Shown here: positions 25,379 through 36,191 of the stretch, piece after piece
Position numbering within the stretch: the stretch's first letter is position 1
Layout of the letters: each line of letters opens with the position of its first letter
Source: an uncultured Gemmatimonadales bacterium
Lineage (GTDB): Bacteria; Gemmatimonadota; Gemmatimonadetes; Gemmatimonadales; GWC2-71-9
Assembly (NCBI GenBank): GCA_963828735.1
Contig: CAWHFW010000005.1
Span: forward strand, 1,728,001 to 1,792,000
Length of the DNA: 64,000 nt
Direction of reading: 5' to 3'
The notes under the pieces: generated by a model
What the model was told of the DNA's origin: nothing
The model's database searches: none
Seen by the model: the letters and a program-made list of their open reading frames with translations, nothing else
Program-made: the position numbers and the translations under genes

Positions 25379-26104
25379 TCATGCCTTTCGGGCCAGGTGT
25401 CGTGGAGCGTCGACGTGCAGGCCGCACTCCGTCTTGTCGGTGCCGGCCCAGCGGCCGGCGCGGGTGTAGTCGCGGGGACCCGCGCCGAGAACCGCGCTGG
25501 TGCAATGGGTGCAGCCCAGCGTCGGATAGCCGCGCTCGTGGAGCTCGTTGTAGGGCACGTCGTGCGCGACGACGTAGTCCCAGACGCGCCGGCGGTCCCA
25601 GCCGGCCAGCGGGTTCACCTGCACGAGCCGATAGGCGTCGTTCCATTGGAGCTCGCCGAGGCTGCTGCGTTCGCCGCCCTGGCTCCGCATGAGCCCGGTC
25701 ATCCACACGTCCACTCCTTCGAGCGCCCGCCGCATGGGCTCGACCTTCCGGATCGCGCAGCAGCGATCCGGATCGTGGCGCCAGAGCTCGGCGCCGTACC
25801 GCTCGGCCTGCGCCTCGGCCGTGAGCGTGGTGCCACGGTTCTCGAACCGGAGGTGTGGATAGCGCTCGACCATGCGGTCGCGCAGCGCGTACGTCTCGGG
25901 AAACAGGAACATCGTGTCCAGATAGACGACCGGGATCCGCACGCCGTGCCGCGCCACCATGTCGATGAGCGCGCAGCCCTCCATGCCGAACGACGTCGTC
26001 ACCACAAGGCGCCGGTCCGCGAAGCGACGGAGCGTCCACGCCACGATCTCTTCGGGGGTCGACTGCTCGGCGATCTCCGTCGCCGTCGTTCCGTGCGTCA
26101 GCAT
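25379..26104 (-). CDS. cysH: APS/PAPS reductase (4Fe-4S type)
   Basis: TTSFG, LDTMFLFPETY, DRCCAIRKVEP, GYPTLGCTHCT, RAGRW, ECGLH. Confidence 0.95.
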   Translation of the reverse strand: MLTHGTTATEIAEQSTPEEIVAWTLRRFADRRLVVTTSFGMEGCALIDMVARHGVRIPVVYLDTMFLFPETYALRDRMVERYPHLRFENRGTTLTAEAQAERYGAELWRHDPDRCCAIRKVEPMRRALEGVDVWMTGLMRSQGGERSSLGELQWNDAYRLVQVNPLAGWDRRRVWDYVVAHDVPYNELHERGYPTLGCTHCTSAVLGAGPRDYTRAGRWAGTDKTECGLHVDAPRHLARKA

Positions 26105-26126
26105 CTGCCCATGCTCTCCATGGCCC

Positions 26127-26164
26127 AAAAAAGGAAAAGCCCGCAGGACGTTGCCTGCGGGCTT
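26127..26164 (-). terminator. Intrinsic terminator (attenuator) in the cysH leader
   Basis: Minus strand AAGCCCGCAGG-caacgt-CCTGCGGGCTT-TTCCTTTTTT, about 20 nt before the cysH start. Confidence 0.85.
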
Positions 26165-26191
26165 CACACCATGCGCGTGAATGTCTGGCCG

Positions 26192-26299
26192 TTAGGTCGT
26201 CCGGTCGGGTGAGTCCTTCGCCATACAACAACAGGCCATCGCCCCCGCGAAGGGCGAGCGGGTGGCGAACCGAGGGGATACGGCCGAACGCATAATCAT
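26192..26299 (-). CDS. Cys-rich leader peptide of the cys operon (35 aa)
   Basis: MIMRSAVSPRFATRSPFAGAMACCCMAKDSPDRTT*; ATG GCC TGT TGT TGT ATG at 26239-26222; starts 6 nt after the -10 box. Confidence 0.8.
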   Translation of the reverse strand: MIMRSAVSPRFATRSPFAGAMACCCMAKDSPDRTT

Positions 26300-26305
26300 A
26301 CGGTT

Positions 26306-26334
26306 AGCCTAAGGCTCACCGGCGGGGTTGTCAA
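26306..26334 (-). promoter_or_regulatory. Sigma70-type promoter of the cys leader/operon
   Basis: TTGACA-N17-TAGGCT-N6-ATG. Confidence 0.85.
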
Positions 26335-26430
26335 CACCCCCTGCAGCTCGCGCGTCACGGTTTGGTAGTGGAGGCCTTGGCGACGGAGTCCTTCGCCGCC
26401 TTTCGCCACGGAATCCGTGGACGTGAGGGG

Positions 26431-27000
26431 TTAGTTGGGCGAGGCGTCGAGCGACGGGGCACCCGGCGTGGCACGGCCCACGAAATTGTTCGCCCGGGCC
26501 GCCGTATCCGACGAATCCGTCAAACCGTCCGCGTCGGGAAGGCAGGAGAGGATCTTGGCCGCGCGCTGCGCGCCGCTGGGGTGCCAGGCGTCGAAGCGGA
26601 ACGGGCCCATGCGGGTGAAGAACTGGATCGCCGCATCCACGGCGGGGGACTCGCCCAGGGTCCGGGCGGCGTAGCAATCGGCCTCCAGCTCCTGGCGCGC
26701 GCGGAGGGCGCCCAGGTCTCCCTCACCCGCGGCGAGCGCGGCGCCCGTGTGACCGTAGCGCACGTGCCCGTACTCGTGGGCGAAGAAGTAGGCCTCGAGC
26801 TGCGGGCCGACCCGCTGCATCAGGACGGGATTGTAGTAGATGACCGGGCGTCCCTGCTCGAACGCGGCGAAAGCGACGTCCCGCAGCGTGTCGCTCGGGA
26901 CCTGCCGCACGTCGATCAGGCGCTGCAGCGCCGGGGCCCGATGGGTCCCGGCGGCCAGCAGCAGCGCCGCGAAGACGGTGGCGATCCAGAACCTGCGCAT
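26431..27000 (-). CDS. Secreted zincin metalloprotease-like protein (M48-like)
   Basis: Signal peptide MRRFWIATVFAALLLAAG; AHEYGH, QELEADC, HPSGAQR. Confidence 0.75.
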   Translation of the reverse strand: MRRFWIATVFAALLLAAGTHRAPALQRLIDVRQVPSDTLRDVAFAAFEQGRPVIYYNPVLMQRVGPQLEAYFFAHEYGHVRYGHTGAALAAGEGDLGALRARQELEADCYAARTLGESPAVDAAIQFFTRMGPFRFDAWHPSGAQRAAKILSCLPDADGLTDSSDTAARANNFVGRATPGAPSLDASPN

Positions 27001-27252
27001 GGGCCCTCTGCTCGTGTACGAGCATTGCCGGTGCAACGTGAGGGCGGGGCGTCAAGTTCCGCTCAATGACGACGCCCTCGGCTTCGGTTCGAGCGCGAGG
27101 GCGTCGGGCGCGTCCGGGGACGGGCGCGGTCAGCGAAGCGGTCTCGTCGGTCGAACCAGCGTGAGCCTGGGGGTGGCCCAACGCGTCGTGCGATGGATCA
27201 AACGGGCTGCCCTGGTTGAGAGGGGGCTGGACGGGGTTTTGATGCCGGCTGA

Positions 27253-29256
<2,004 letters not shown>

Positions 29257-29278
29257 CCCGCGGCCCCGGCCCTCGGAG

Positions 29279-29896
29279 TCACTCCTTCTCCCCCAGGCTC
29301 AGCACCGGCAGCTCGAGCCGCCACAGGATCGCCGCGAGGCGCACGATCGCGATCGCCGCCATCCCCGCCGTCGCTGCGGGGTCGCGCGGCACGCCCTTCC
29401 ACTCGAGCAGCAGGTAGAGCGCCGCCCCGGCGATCGCCGAGCTCGCGTAGAGCTGCCCGCCCCGCATGATGAGCGGGATCTCCGCGCAGAGCACGTCGCG
29501 CACCACCCCGCCGGCGACACCCGTGATCACTCCCATCAGGCCCGCGAGCAGTCCCGACAGGCCGGCCTGCTGCGCGATCTGGACTCCGCTGATCGTGAAG
29601 AAGGCGAGGCCCAACGCGTCCGCGACGAACAGCGCGCGGAAGGCGGGTATGCGCAGGCGCGCATACATCAGGGTGAAACCGATCGCGACCAGGCAGACGA
29701 CGAGATAGGTCGGATCGGCGATCCAGAAGATCGGGTGCCGGTCGAGCAGGACATCCCGCAGCGTGCCGCCGCCGATCGCGGTGACCACCGCGACGACCGT
29801 CACGCCCAGCCAGTCCAGTTTCTTCCGTCCGGCCGCGAGGACGCCGCTCACGGCGAAGACGGCGACGCCCAACAGGTCGAGGACGTGCCGGGTCAT
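29279..29896 (-). CDS. Trimeric intracellular cation channel / UPF0126 (YadS-like) membrane protein
   Basis: Duplicated DLLGVAVFA...GGGTLRDVLL and DALGLAFF...GGVVRDVL motifs. Confidence 0.9.
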   Translation of the reverse strand: MTRHVLDLLGVAVFAVSGVLAAGRKKLDWLGVTVVAVVTAIGGGTLRDVLLDRHPIFWIADPTYLVVCLVAIGFTLMYARLRIPAFRALFVADALGLAFFTISGVQIAQQAGLSGLLAGLMGVITGVAGGVVRDVLCAEIPLIMRGGQLYASSAIAGAALYLLLEWKGVPRDPAATAGMAAIAIVRLAAILWRLELPVLSLGEKE

Positions 29897-30051
29897 CGCG
29901 GCCTCGCGGGATTCGTGGCGGTGGTGGTGGCCCTGGCCTCCGGCGAGGCGCCGGTCCGGCGCGGAAGACCACAAGCCGTGCGGGTGACGTGACGAGGTCG
30001 AGGCGAACCTAGAGTAGGAATCGGCCCAGATGCCGTCAAGGCCGCCGTGAC

Positions 30052-30067
30052 TGTAGTTTAGACCAAT
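30052..30067. promoter_or_regulatory. dre-like (NagR/DasR-type GntR) operator at the nagB start
   Basis: TGTAGTTTAGACCAAT resembles the TGGTCTAGACCA consensus; 1 nt before ATG 30069. Confidence 0.55.
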
Positions 30068-30068
30068 C

Positions 30069-31910
30069 ATGTCCCACGAACGCATGCGCACCCTCATCGT
30101 CGACGACCACGACGAGCTTGGCCGACTCGTGGCGCGTCGGATCGCCGAGGTCGTACGCGCCCGTGCCGCCGAGGGCCGGCGGGCCGTGCTCGGTCTCGCC
30201 ACTGGCTCGACGCCGATCGGCGTCTACCGCGAGCTCGTCCGCCTGCACCAGCACGAGGGGCTCAGCTTCCGGAACGTCGTCACCTTCAATCTCGACGAGT
30301 ACTACCCGATGGACCCGGGGAGCGTGCACTCCTACCATCGGTTCATGTGGGAGCACCTGTTCTCCCAGCTCGACATTCCCCGCGAGCAGGTCCATCTCCT
30401 GCGCGGCGACATCCCCCGCACGGAGGTGGAGAACGAGGTCGCCTGCTACGAGGAGGCGATCCGCGAGGCCGGCGGCATCGACCTCCAGCTCCTCGGCATC
30501 GGGCGGACGGGGCACATCGGCTTCAACGAGCCCGGCTCGGGTGCGGAGAGCCGCACCCGCCTCATCACGCTCGACCACGTGACCCGGAAGGACGCGGCGG
30601 CCGATTTCTTCGGCGAGGAGAACGTCCCGCGCGAGGCGCTCACGATGGGCGTCGCCACGATCCTCGAGGCCCGCGAGATTCTCATCCTCGCGACCGGCGA
30701 GCACAAGGCCGCCATCGTGCGTCGGGCGGTCGAGGGCGAGGTGGACCACGAAGTCGCGGCCACGTTCCTCCAGCGCCATCCGAACACCACCTTCTTCGTG
30801 GACCGCGCCGCCGCGGCGGCGCTCACGCGCGAAGCGACGCCCTGGCTCCTCGGCGCCGTGGTCTGGACGCCCGGCCTCGTCGTCCGTGCGGTCGTTTGGC
30901 TCTCGCACCGCGCCGGCAAGGCGATCCTCAAGCTCACCTACCTCGATTACGCCGAGCACCGGCTCTCGTCGCTCGTAGCGCAGTTCGGGTCGCCCGGCGC
31001 GCTCAACGGGCTCGTCTTCAACACGCTCGGCGCCAAGATCCGCGGCCGCTCGAAGCTGCCGAGGGATCAGCGCGTGATCTGCTTCTCGCCGCACCCCGAC
31101 GACGACGTCATCTCCATGGGCGGCATCCTCCGCAAGCTGGTCGAGAACGAGAACGAGATCACGGTCGCGTACATGACCAGCGGCAACGTGGCCGTCTTCG
31201 ACCACGACGTGCGGCGCCATCTCGACTTCCTCCGGCGGCTCGCGGCCGAGGACCGCATCCCGGGCGACGCGGTGGATGGGCTCGGCCGGCGGGTGGACGA
31301 GTTCCTCGCCGGCAAGCACCCGGGCGACGTGGACATTCCCGAGGTGCTGGACGCCAAGCGGATCATCCGCGAGAGCGAGGCGGTGGCGGGCATCCGTACG
31401 CTCGGCCTCGATGACAGCGCCGCGCGCTTTCTGGACCTGCCGTTCTATCAGACGGGCATGGTGAAGAAGGCGCCGGTGGGCCCCGCCGACGTGGCGATCG
31501 TGCGCGCACTGCTCGAGGAGGTGTCGCCCGACCTCGTCTTCGTCGCCGGCGACCTCTCCGATCCTCACGGTACCCACCGCATGTGCAAGGAGGCGATCGA
31601 CCGCGCGCTCGCCGAGCACGTGGCGGCCGGCGGCCGGCGGCCGGAAGTGTGGCTCTACCGCGGCGCCTGGCAGGAGTGGCCGGTGACCGAGGCCACGTGG
31701 CTCGTGCCCCTCTCGCAGGAGGAGCTGCGCCTCAAAATCCAGGCGATCTTCAAGCACCAGAGCCAGAAGGACTCGGCGCCGTTTCCCGGCCCCGACGAGC
31801 GGGAATTCTGGCAACGGGTCGAGGCGCGGAACACCGGTACGGCGGCGGAGCTCGACCGGCTGGGGCTGGCGGAGTATTTCGCGATGGAGGCGTACGTGGT
31901 GGAGGGGTGA
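30069..31910 (+). CDS. nagB: Glucosamine-6-phosphate deaminase fused to a PIG-L/LmbE-type deacetylase domain
   Basis: LGLATGSTP, FNLDEYYP, GIGRTGHIGFNEPGS; C-terminal FSPHPDDDVISMGG, DPHGTH, HQSQ. Confidence 0.92.
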   Translation: MSHERMRTLIVDDHDELGRLVARRIAEVVRARAAEGRRAVLGLATGSTPIGVYRELVRLHQHEGLSFRNVVTFNLDEYYPMDPGSVHSYHRFMWEHLFSQLDIPREQVHLLRGDIPRTEVENEVACYEEAIREAGGIDLQLLGIGRTGHIGFNEPGSGAESRTRLITLDHVTRKDAAADFFGEENVPREALTMGVATILEAREILILATGEHKAAIVRRAVEGEVDHEVAATFLQRHPNTTFFVDRAAAAALTREATPWLLGAVVWTPGLVVRAVVWLSHRAGKAILKLTYLDYAEHRLSSLVAQFGSPGALNGLVFNTLGAKIRGRSKLPRDQRVICFSPHPDDDVISMGGILRKLVENENEITVAYMTSGNVAVFDHDVRRHLDFLRRLAAEDRIPGDAVDGLGRRVDEFLAGKHPGDVDIPEVLDAKRIIRESEAVAGIRTLGLDDSAARFLDLPFYQTGMVKKAPVGPADVAIVRALLEEVSPDLVFVAGDLSDPHGTHRMCKEAIDRALAEHVAAGGRRPEVWLYRGAWQEWPVTEATWLVPLSQEELRLKIQAIFKHQSQKDSAPFPGPDEREFWQRVEARNTGTAAELDRLGLAEYFAMEAYVVEG

Positions 31911-31949
31911 GCCGTTCGCGGGGCGGCATCGAGCGACGGCGCGCCGCGC

Positions 31950-32519
31950 TCAGTCCGTACGAAAGAGAATGTGCGGCGTCCCCTCGTGGGTCACCTCGCG
32001 CTCGGGCGCGAACGCCGCCTTGAGCAGCACCCGCTGGGATGCGAGGTTGTCCGGCCGCGTGAGCGCCACGAGCGACGGCAACCCGACCCACTCGCGGCCG
32101 ATCGTCACGCAGGCGCAGGCCGCATCGGTCGCGAGCCCCTTGCCCCAGAATTCCGGCAGCAACGCGTAGGCCAGCTCCACCTCGGCGACGGCCTCGACGG
32201 TGAGATGGCGAAGGCCGGCCCGTCCCATCACCTGGCCGCTCGTCGGATCGCGCAGGATCCAGATGCCGAAGCCGTGGTCCGCCCAGTGGGCCAGGTTCCG
32301 CTCGAGGTAGGCCTTGGTTTCTGCGTCACTGCGGACCCCGCCGAGCGTCGCCATCATTCTGGCGTTGCCGTGCATCCGGCGGAGGAAGGGTAGATGGGCC
32401 TCGGTCAGCCGTTCCGCGAACACGCGGCGCAGCACGAAGGTGGTGGGCGCGGTTTCCCGCTCCTCGACCCGATCGGTGGTGCCGCGGCCAGCGGTCGGGG
32501 CGTTCATTACCGCGTCCAT
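31950..32519 (-). CDS. GNAT acetyltransferase (RimJ/RimL-like)
   Basis: HGFGIW, EVELAYALLPEFWGKGLATDA, NLASQRVL. Confidence 0.85.
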   Translation of the reverse strand: MDAVMNAPTAGRGTTDRVEERETAPTTFVLRRVFAERLTEAHLPFLRRMHGNARMMATLGGVRSDAETKAYLERNLAHWADHGFGIWILRDPTSGQVMGRAGLRHLTVEAVAEVELAYALLPEFWGKGLATDAACACVTIGREWVGLPSLVALTRPDNLASQRVLLKAAFAPEREVTHEGTPHILFRTD

Positions 32520-32872
32520 GTGGCCGGCTCCGTCTCGATTCCATCCGTTGCAAGACGGGACGGAGAGCGGCCAGGCTGGCCCCGTCCGGGCAAGTCGTTC
32601 GCGCGCATCGCGTTGGGCGAGAACATCGAGCGGGGCGGGGGGACGGAGTGGGCTCCGGGGGCCGCCCGCAGCAGCAGGGCGGACCTGGAAGCGTCGAAGA
32701 GCAGAGCGGAACGGGGCCGCGCGAATGCCGTTGTTACCATGCCATACACTGGCGGGCCAGCGTCAAGTGGATTTCAAGTGGCCCTTTTCGTGGGGGTGCT
32801 CACGTTGCGTCTTCCCGAAACGGCCTGCAGTTTTGGGTAGCTCACCTTGCAATATTATTTGACGGCGGCTCG

Positions 32873-35800
32873 ATGGCGGTGACCCTCACCTGTCTACACT
32901 GCGGTGGTGATCTCGACGACGGAGATCGCTATTGTCCCGCCTGCGGGGTCGAGGCCCTCCGGTGCAAGTCGTGCAGCCAGTTGCTCCTCCCCACTGACCT
33001 CACCTGCCCCAACTGCGGCGTAACGGCCGAGCACGCGCTGCCCGCCGGCCCGATGATCACGCCCGCGGATGCCTCGTCCGATCTGGGTGACATCATCGGT
33101 CGCCTTCGGCGCGCCACGCTCGGCGAGTTCGACATCGGCCGCGAGCTCGGGCGCGGGGGCATGGCCGCCGTGTTCCTCGCCCACGAGATCGCGCTCGACC
33201 GCAAGGTCGCGATCAAGGTCATGTCGCCCGGCCTGATGATGGGCGAAGGGATGGTCGACCGGTTCAAGCACGAAGCGATCACCATCGCCCAGCTGCATCA
33301 CCCGAGCATCGTGTCGGTCTACTCGGTGCGGCAGGCGGAGGGGCTGCACTTCTTCGTCATGCGCTACGTCCAGGGCCGCTCGCTCGAGCAGGTGCTGCAG
33401 CAGGCGCGCCGCCTGGAGCTGCCGATCGTCCGCTCCATCATCTATCAGGTCGGCTCGGCGCTCACGTACGCGCACCGCTCGCGCGTCGTACACCGGGACG
33501 TGAAGCCCGCCAACATCCTGATCGACCTCGACGGCAACGCCGTCGTCACCGACTTCGGCATCGCGAAGGCAGCCGAGCGGCCGACACAGACCCTGACCGG
33601 CGCGCTGGTGGGAACGCCGGCCTACATGAGTCCCGAGCAGTGCGCCGGCGGCCCGGTGTCGGGCGCCTCCGACCAGTACTCGCTCGGCGCCGTGGCGTAC
33701 GAGCTCGTGACGGGCGAGCCGCCGTTCGCCGGCTCCACGCTCACCGTCATGCAGGCGCATGTCGAGCGCGCGCCGCGTCCGCTGCGCGAGCTGTGTCCCG
33801 ACTGCCCACCCGAGGTGGAGGCGGCCATCCACCGCATGCTGGAAAAGGACCCGGCCGCGCGCTGGCCCCGGATGGCCGACGCGCTCACCGCGATCGGCGC
33901 GGCAGCCCTGGCCGACGAGCACCCGCTCCGAACCGACTTGAGCCGGATCGTCGCCGGGACGGTGGCCACGCTCACCGGGTCGGCGACGCCGAGCAGTCCC
34001 GCACCGCGCACCCGGGCATCGGGCGCGATCAGCGGTCCCTCGCGGTCGGTGGGCGGCATCACGATCATGCCCGCGCCGGCCGGGTTCGAGGTCGGCGACA
34101 GCTTCACCCTCGTCGCCGTCATCCGCGGCCAGTACGGCACCAGGCTTCCGCCGCGCGCCGTCGAGTGGGCCACGGACGCTCCCGCCGTGCTGCGGGTGGA
34201 CGCGCCCGCGGGGCTCGCGACGGCGCTCGCGCCGGGCACCGCGATGGTGACCGCCACCTGCAAGGGCATCATCGCCCGGCTCCGGGTGGACGTCGCCGCG
34301 CCACGGGCGGACGACATCGTGATCGAGCCGATGGTCGAGCCGCTGCAGGCCGGCGAGGAGATCCGACTCGACGCGACGGCGCGTGACAAGCACGGGTGGC
34401 CCGTCTATCGCCCGGTCAGCTGGTTATCGGCGGACGCGCACGTCGCCGTCGTGACGCCTCACGGGACCATCGCCGGCCTCGCGCCCGGCACGGTCCGCAT
34501 CACCGCCGCCCTCGATGACGCGCGCGCGAGCATCGTGATCCCTGTGCTGCCGCCGCGAGTGGCCGGCGTCGACATCGCCGATCCGCCGGCCTCGATCGTG
34601 GTCGGCCGGAGCGCCGTCCTCGACGCGACGCCGCTGGACCGCGGGAACACGCCGCTGCCGGGCCGTCCAATCGTCTGGAGCACGAGCGACGCGAGCATCG
34701 CCACCGTGACCGAGGAAGGGCGCGTGACCGGCATGCGTACCGGAACGGCGGTGCTCACCGCGACCTGCGAAGGCGTCCGGGCGATGATCCGGATCGGCGT
34801 CGTCGCTGGGCCGCAGGCCGTGGCCGCGCCGCCGAAGGGACGCGTCACTCCGAGCCGACGTGCGCGCCGGACCCGGCGCCGGGCGATCCTGGCGGCGGTT
34901 GTCTCGCTCGCGGCAGTCGGGGTGTGGCTGCTGCTCCAACCGGCGCCCCTCGATGAACGGAGCGGGGCGGCCCCGGCGGCCTACGTTGGCGGCTCGGTCG
35001 GGATCGACAGCTCGCCGCCGGTCGCGGTTGTCATCACGCAGCGGCCGGCGCGATCGCTCCGGCCGGACAGCACGGCCAGCCTGGCAGCTGAGGCCCGGGA
35101 CGCGGCCGGGAATCTGGTCCCCGGCGCGGCGGTCGTCTGGACGTCGAGCGACTCGACCATCGTGCGGGTGGACCCGTCGACCGGCCGAGTCCGGGCGATC
35201 CGCACGGGCCGCGTGCTCGTCGCGGCCACGAGCGGCAGCGGGCGTGACAGCGTCGTGATCTCCGTGCGGCGGCCGGGCACGCGGGTGCTTCCGGTCGCCT
35301 CGGTCACCATCGGGGCGCTCCCGACCCTGCGCGTCGGCGACTCCGTCCCGCTCCGCGCGCTGGTGCGGGGCGTCAACGGCGACACGCTGCTCGGCGCCGA
35401 GATCACCTGGGCATCGAGCAACCCGCCCGTCGCCACCATCGAGGCGCTGACCGGCATGACGCGCACGCACACCCCGGGCACCGCGCTGATCCTGGCCCGG
35501 AGCGGCAGCGAATCCTCGTTCACGGAGCTCACGGTGCTGCCGCCGGCCGTGACGGCGATCCAGATCCTGGGCGCGCGCCCGATGGCGGTGCGCGAGACGC
35601 TCGCGCTCCGGGTCGCGTCGAACGACGCGCTCGGCGGCGACCTCACCGGCGTCACCACTACCTGGAGCAGCGGCGATACGTCGATTGCCCAGGTGGACGA
35701 GACCACCGGCGCCGTGGTGGGTCGGGCGCCGGGCTCGGCGAGGATCACCGCCTCGGCCGACGGGGCGACGGCCTCGATCCGCCTGGCGGTGCTACCGCGG

Positions 35801-36184
35801 CCCGAGCCGATCCGCTCAGCCGCGGAGGACGAGGCGATCGACGCGCGACTCATGGCGGGCGTGGAGGAATGCTACGGCGCCCTCCAGTCGAAGGACCTGA
35901 TCCGCCTCCGCGCGATGTGGCATCCCGACGCCGGGCCGGACGAGGAGCGCCTGCGACGGCTCTCCCGGATCCTGCGGGACTCGTCGGCCAACGTCGGCGA
36001 GCGCATCGACCACGCCCCGGCCATCGGTCTGGAATCCGCGTCGTTCGAGTTCGGCGTACCGCTCGCGTGGCGGGAATCGTCCAGCGCGCGAAGCGGCGTG
36101 CCGGTCTTCCGCGCGGAATTCGTGCGCACCGGGGGCCGCTGGGAACTGTCGACCTGCCGGATCACATCGCCCTCCTCGTTCTGA
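32873..36184 (+). CDS. Ser/Thr protein kinase with N-terminal double zinc ribbon, Ig-like (Big_2) repeats and one TM helix
   Basis: Four CxxC; LGRGGMA, VAIK, HRDVKPAN, DFG; repeated VxWxSSDxxVAxV...GxAxITA units; RRRAILAAVVSLAAVGVWLLL. Confidence 0.88.
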   Translation: MAVTLTCLHCGGDLDDGDRYCPACGVEALRCKSCSQLLLPTDLTCPNCGVTAEHALPAGPMITPADASSDLGDIIGRLRRATLGEFDIGRELGRGGMAAVFLAHEIALDRKVAIKVMSPGLMMGEGMVDRFKHEAITIAQLHHPSIVSVYSVRQAEGLHFFVMRYVQGRSLEQVLQQARRLELPIVRSIIYQVGSALTYAHRSRVVHRDVKPANILIDLDGNAVVTDFGIAKAAERPTQTLTGALVGTPAYMSPEQCAGGPVSGASDQYSLGAVAYELVTGEPPFAGSTLTVMQAHVERAPRPLRELCPDCPPEVEAAIHRMLEKDPAARWPRMADALTAIGAAALADEHPLRTDLSRIVAGTVATLTGSATPSSPAPRTRASGAISGPSRSVGGITIMPAPAGFEVGDSFTLVAVIRGQYGTRLPPRAVEWATDAPAVLRVDAPAGLATALAPGTAMVTATCKGIIARLRVDVAAPRADDIVIEPMVEPLQAGEEIRLDATARDKHGWPVYRPVSWLSADAHVAVVTPHGTIAGLAPGTVRITAALDDARASIVIPVLPPRVAGVDIADPPASIVVGRSAVLDATPLDRGNTPLPGRPIVWSTSDASIATVTEEGRVTGMRTGTAVLTATCEGVRAMIRIGVVAGPQAVAAPPKGRVTPSRRARRTRRRAILAAVVSLAAVGVWLLLQPAPLDERSGAAPAAYVGGSVGIDSSPPVAVVITQRPARSLRPDSTASLAAEARDAAGNLVPGAAVVWTSSDSTIVRVDPSTGRVRAIRTGRVLVAATSGSGRDSVVISVRRPGTRVLPVASVTIGALPTLRVGDSVPLRALVRGVNGDTLLGAEITWASSNPPVATIEALTGMTRTHTPGTALILARSGSESSFTELTVLPPAVTAIQILGARPMAVRETLALRVASNDALGGDLTGVTTTWSSGDTSIAQVDETTGAVVGRAPGSARITASADGATASIRLAVLPRPEPIRSAAEDEAIDARLMAGVEECYGALQSKDLIRLRAMWHPDAGPDEERLRRLSRILRDSSANVGERIDHAPAIGLESASFEFGVPLAWRESSSARSGVPVFRAEFVRTGGRWELSTCRITSPSSF

Positions 36185-36191
36185 GCCACCG

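Noticed and set aside
25368..26231. 287-aa alternative-frame ORF over cysH
   Set aside because: Arg/Ala-rich frame artefact; it crosses the terminator and overlaps cysH.
26127..26300. SAM riboswitch or T-box upstream of the cys operon
   Set aside because: No ATCnAGAG/GCAACC/GTGCnAA SAM-I core and no T-box GGTGGnACC; the leader peptide explains the region better.
29897..30005. Glycine riboswitch before the UPF0126 gene
   Set aside because: No GGAGA...CCGAAG...CTCTCAGG core.
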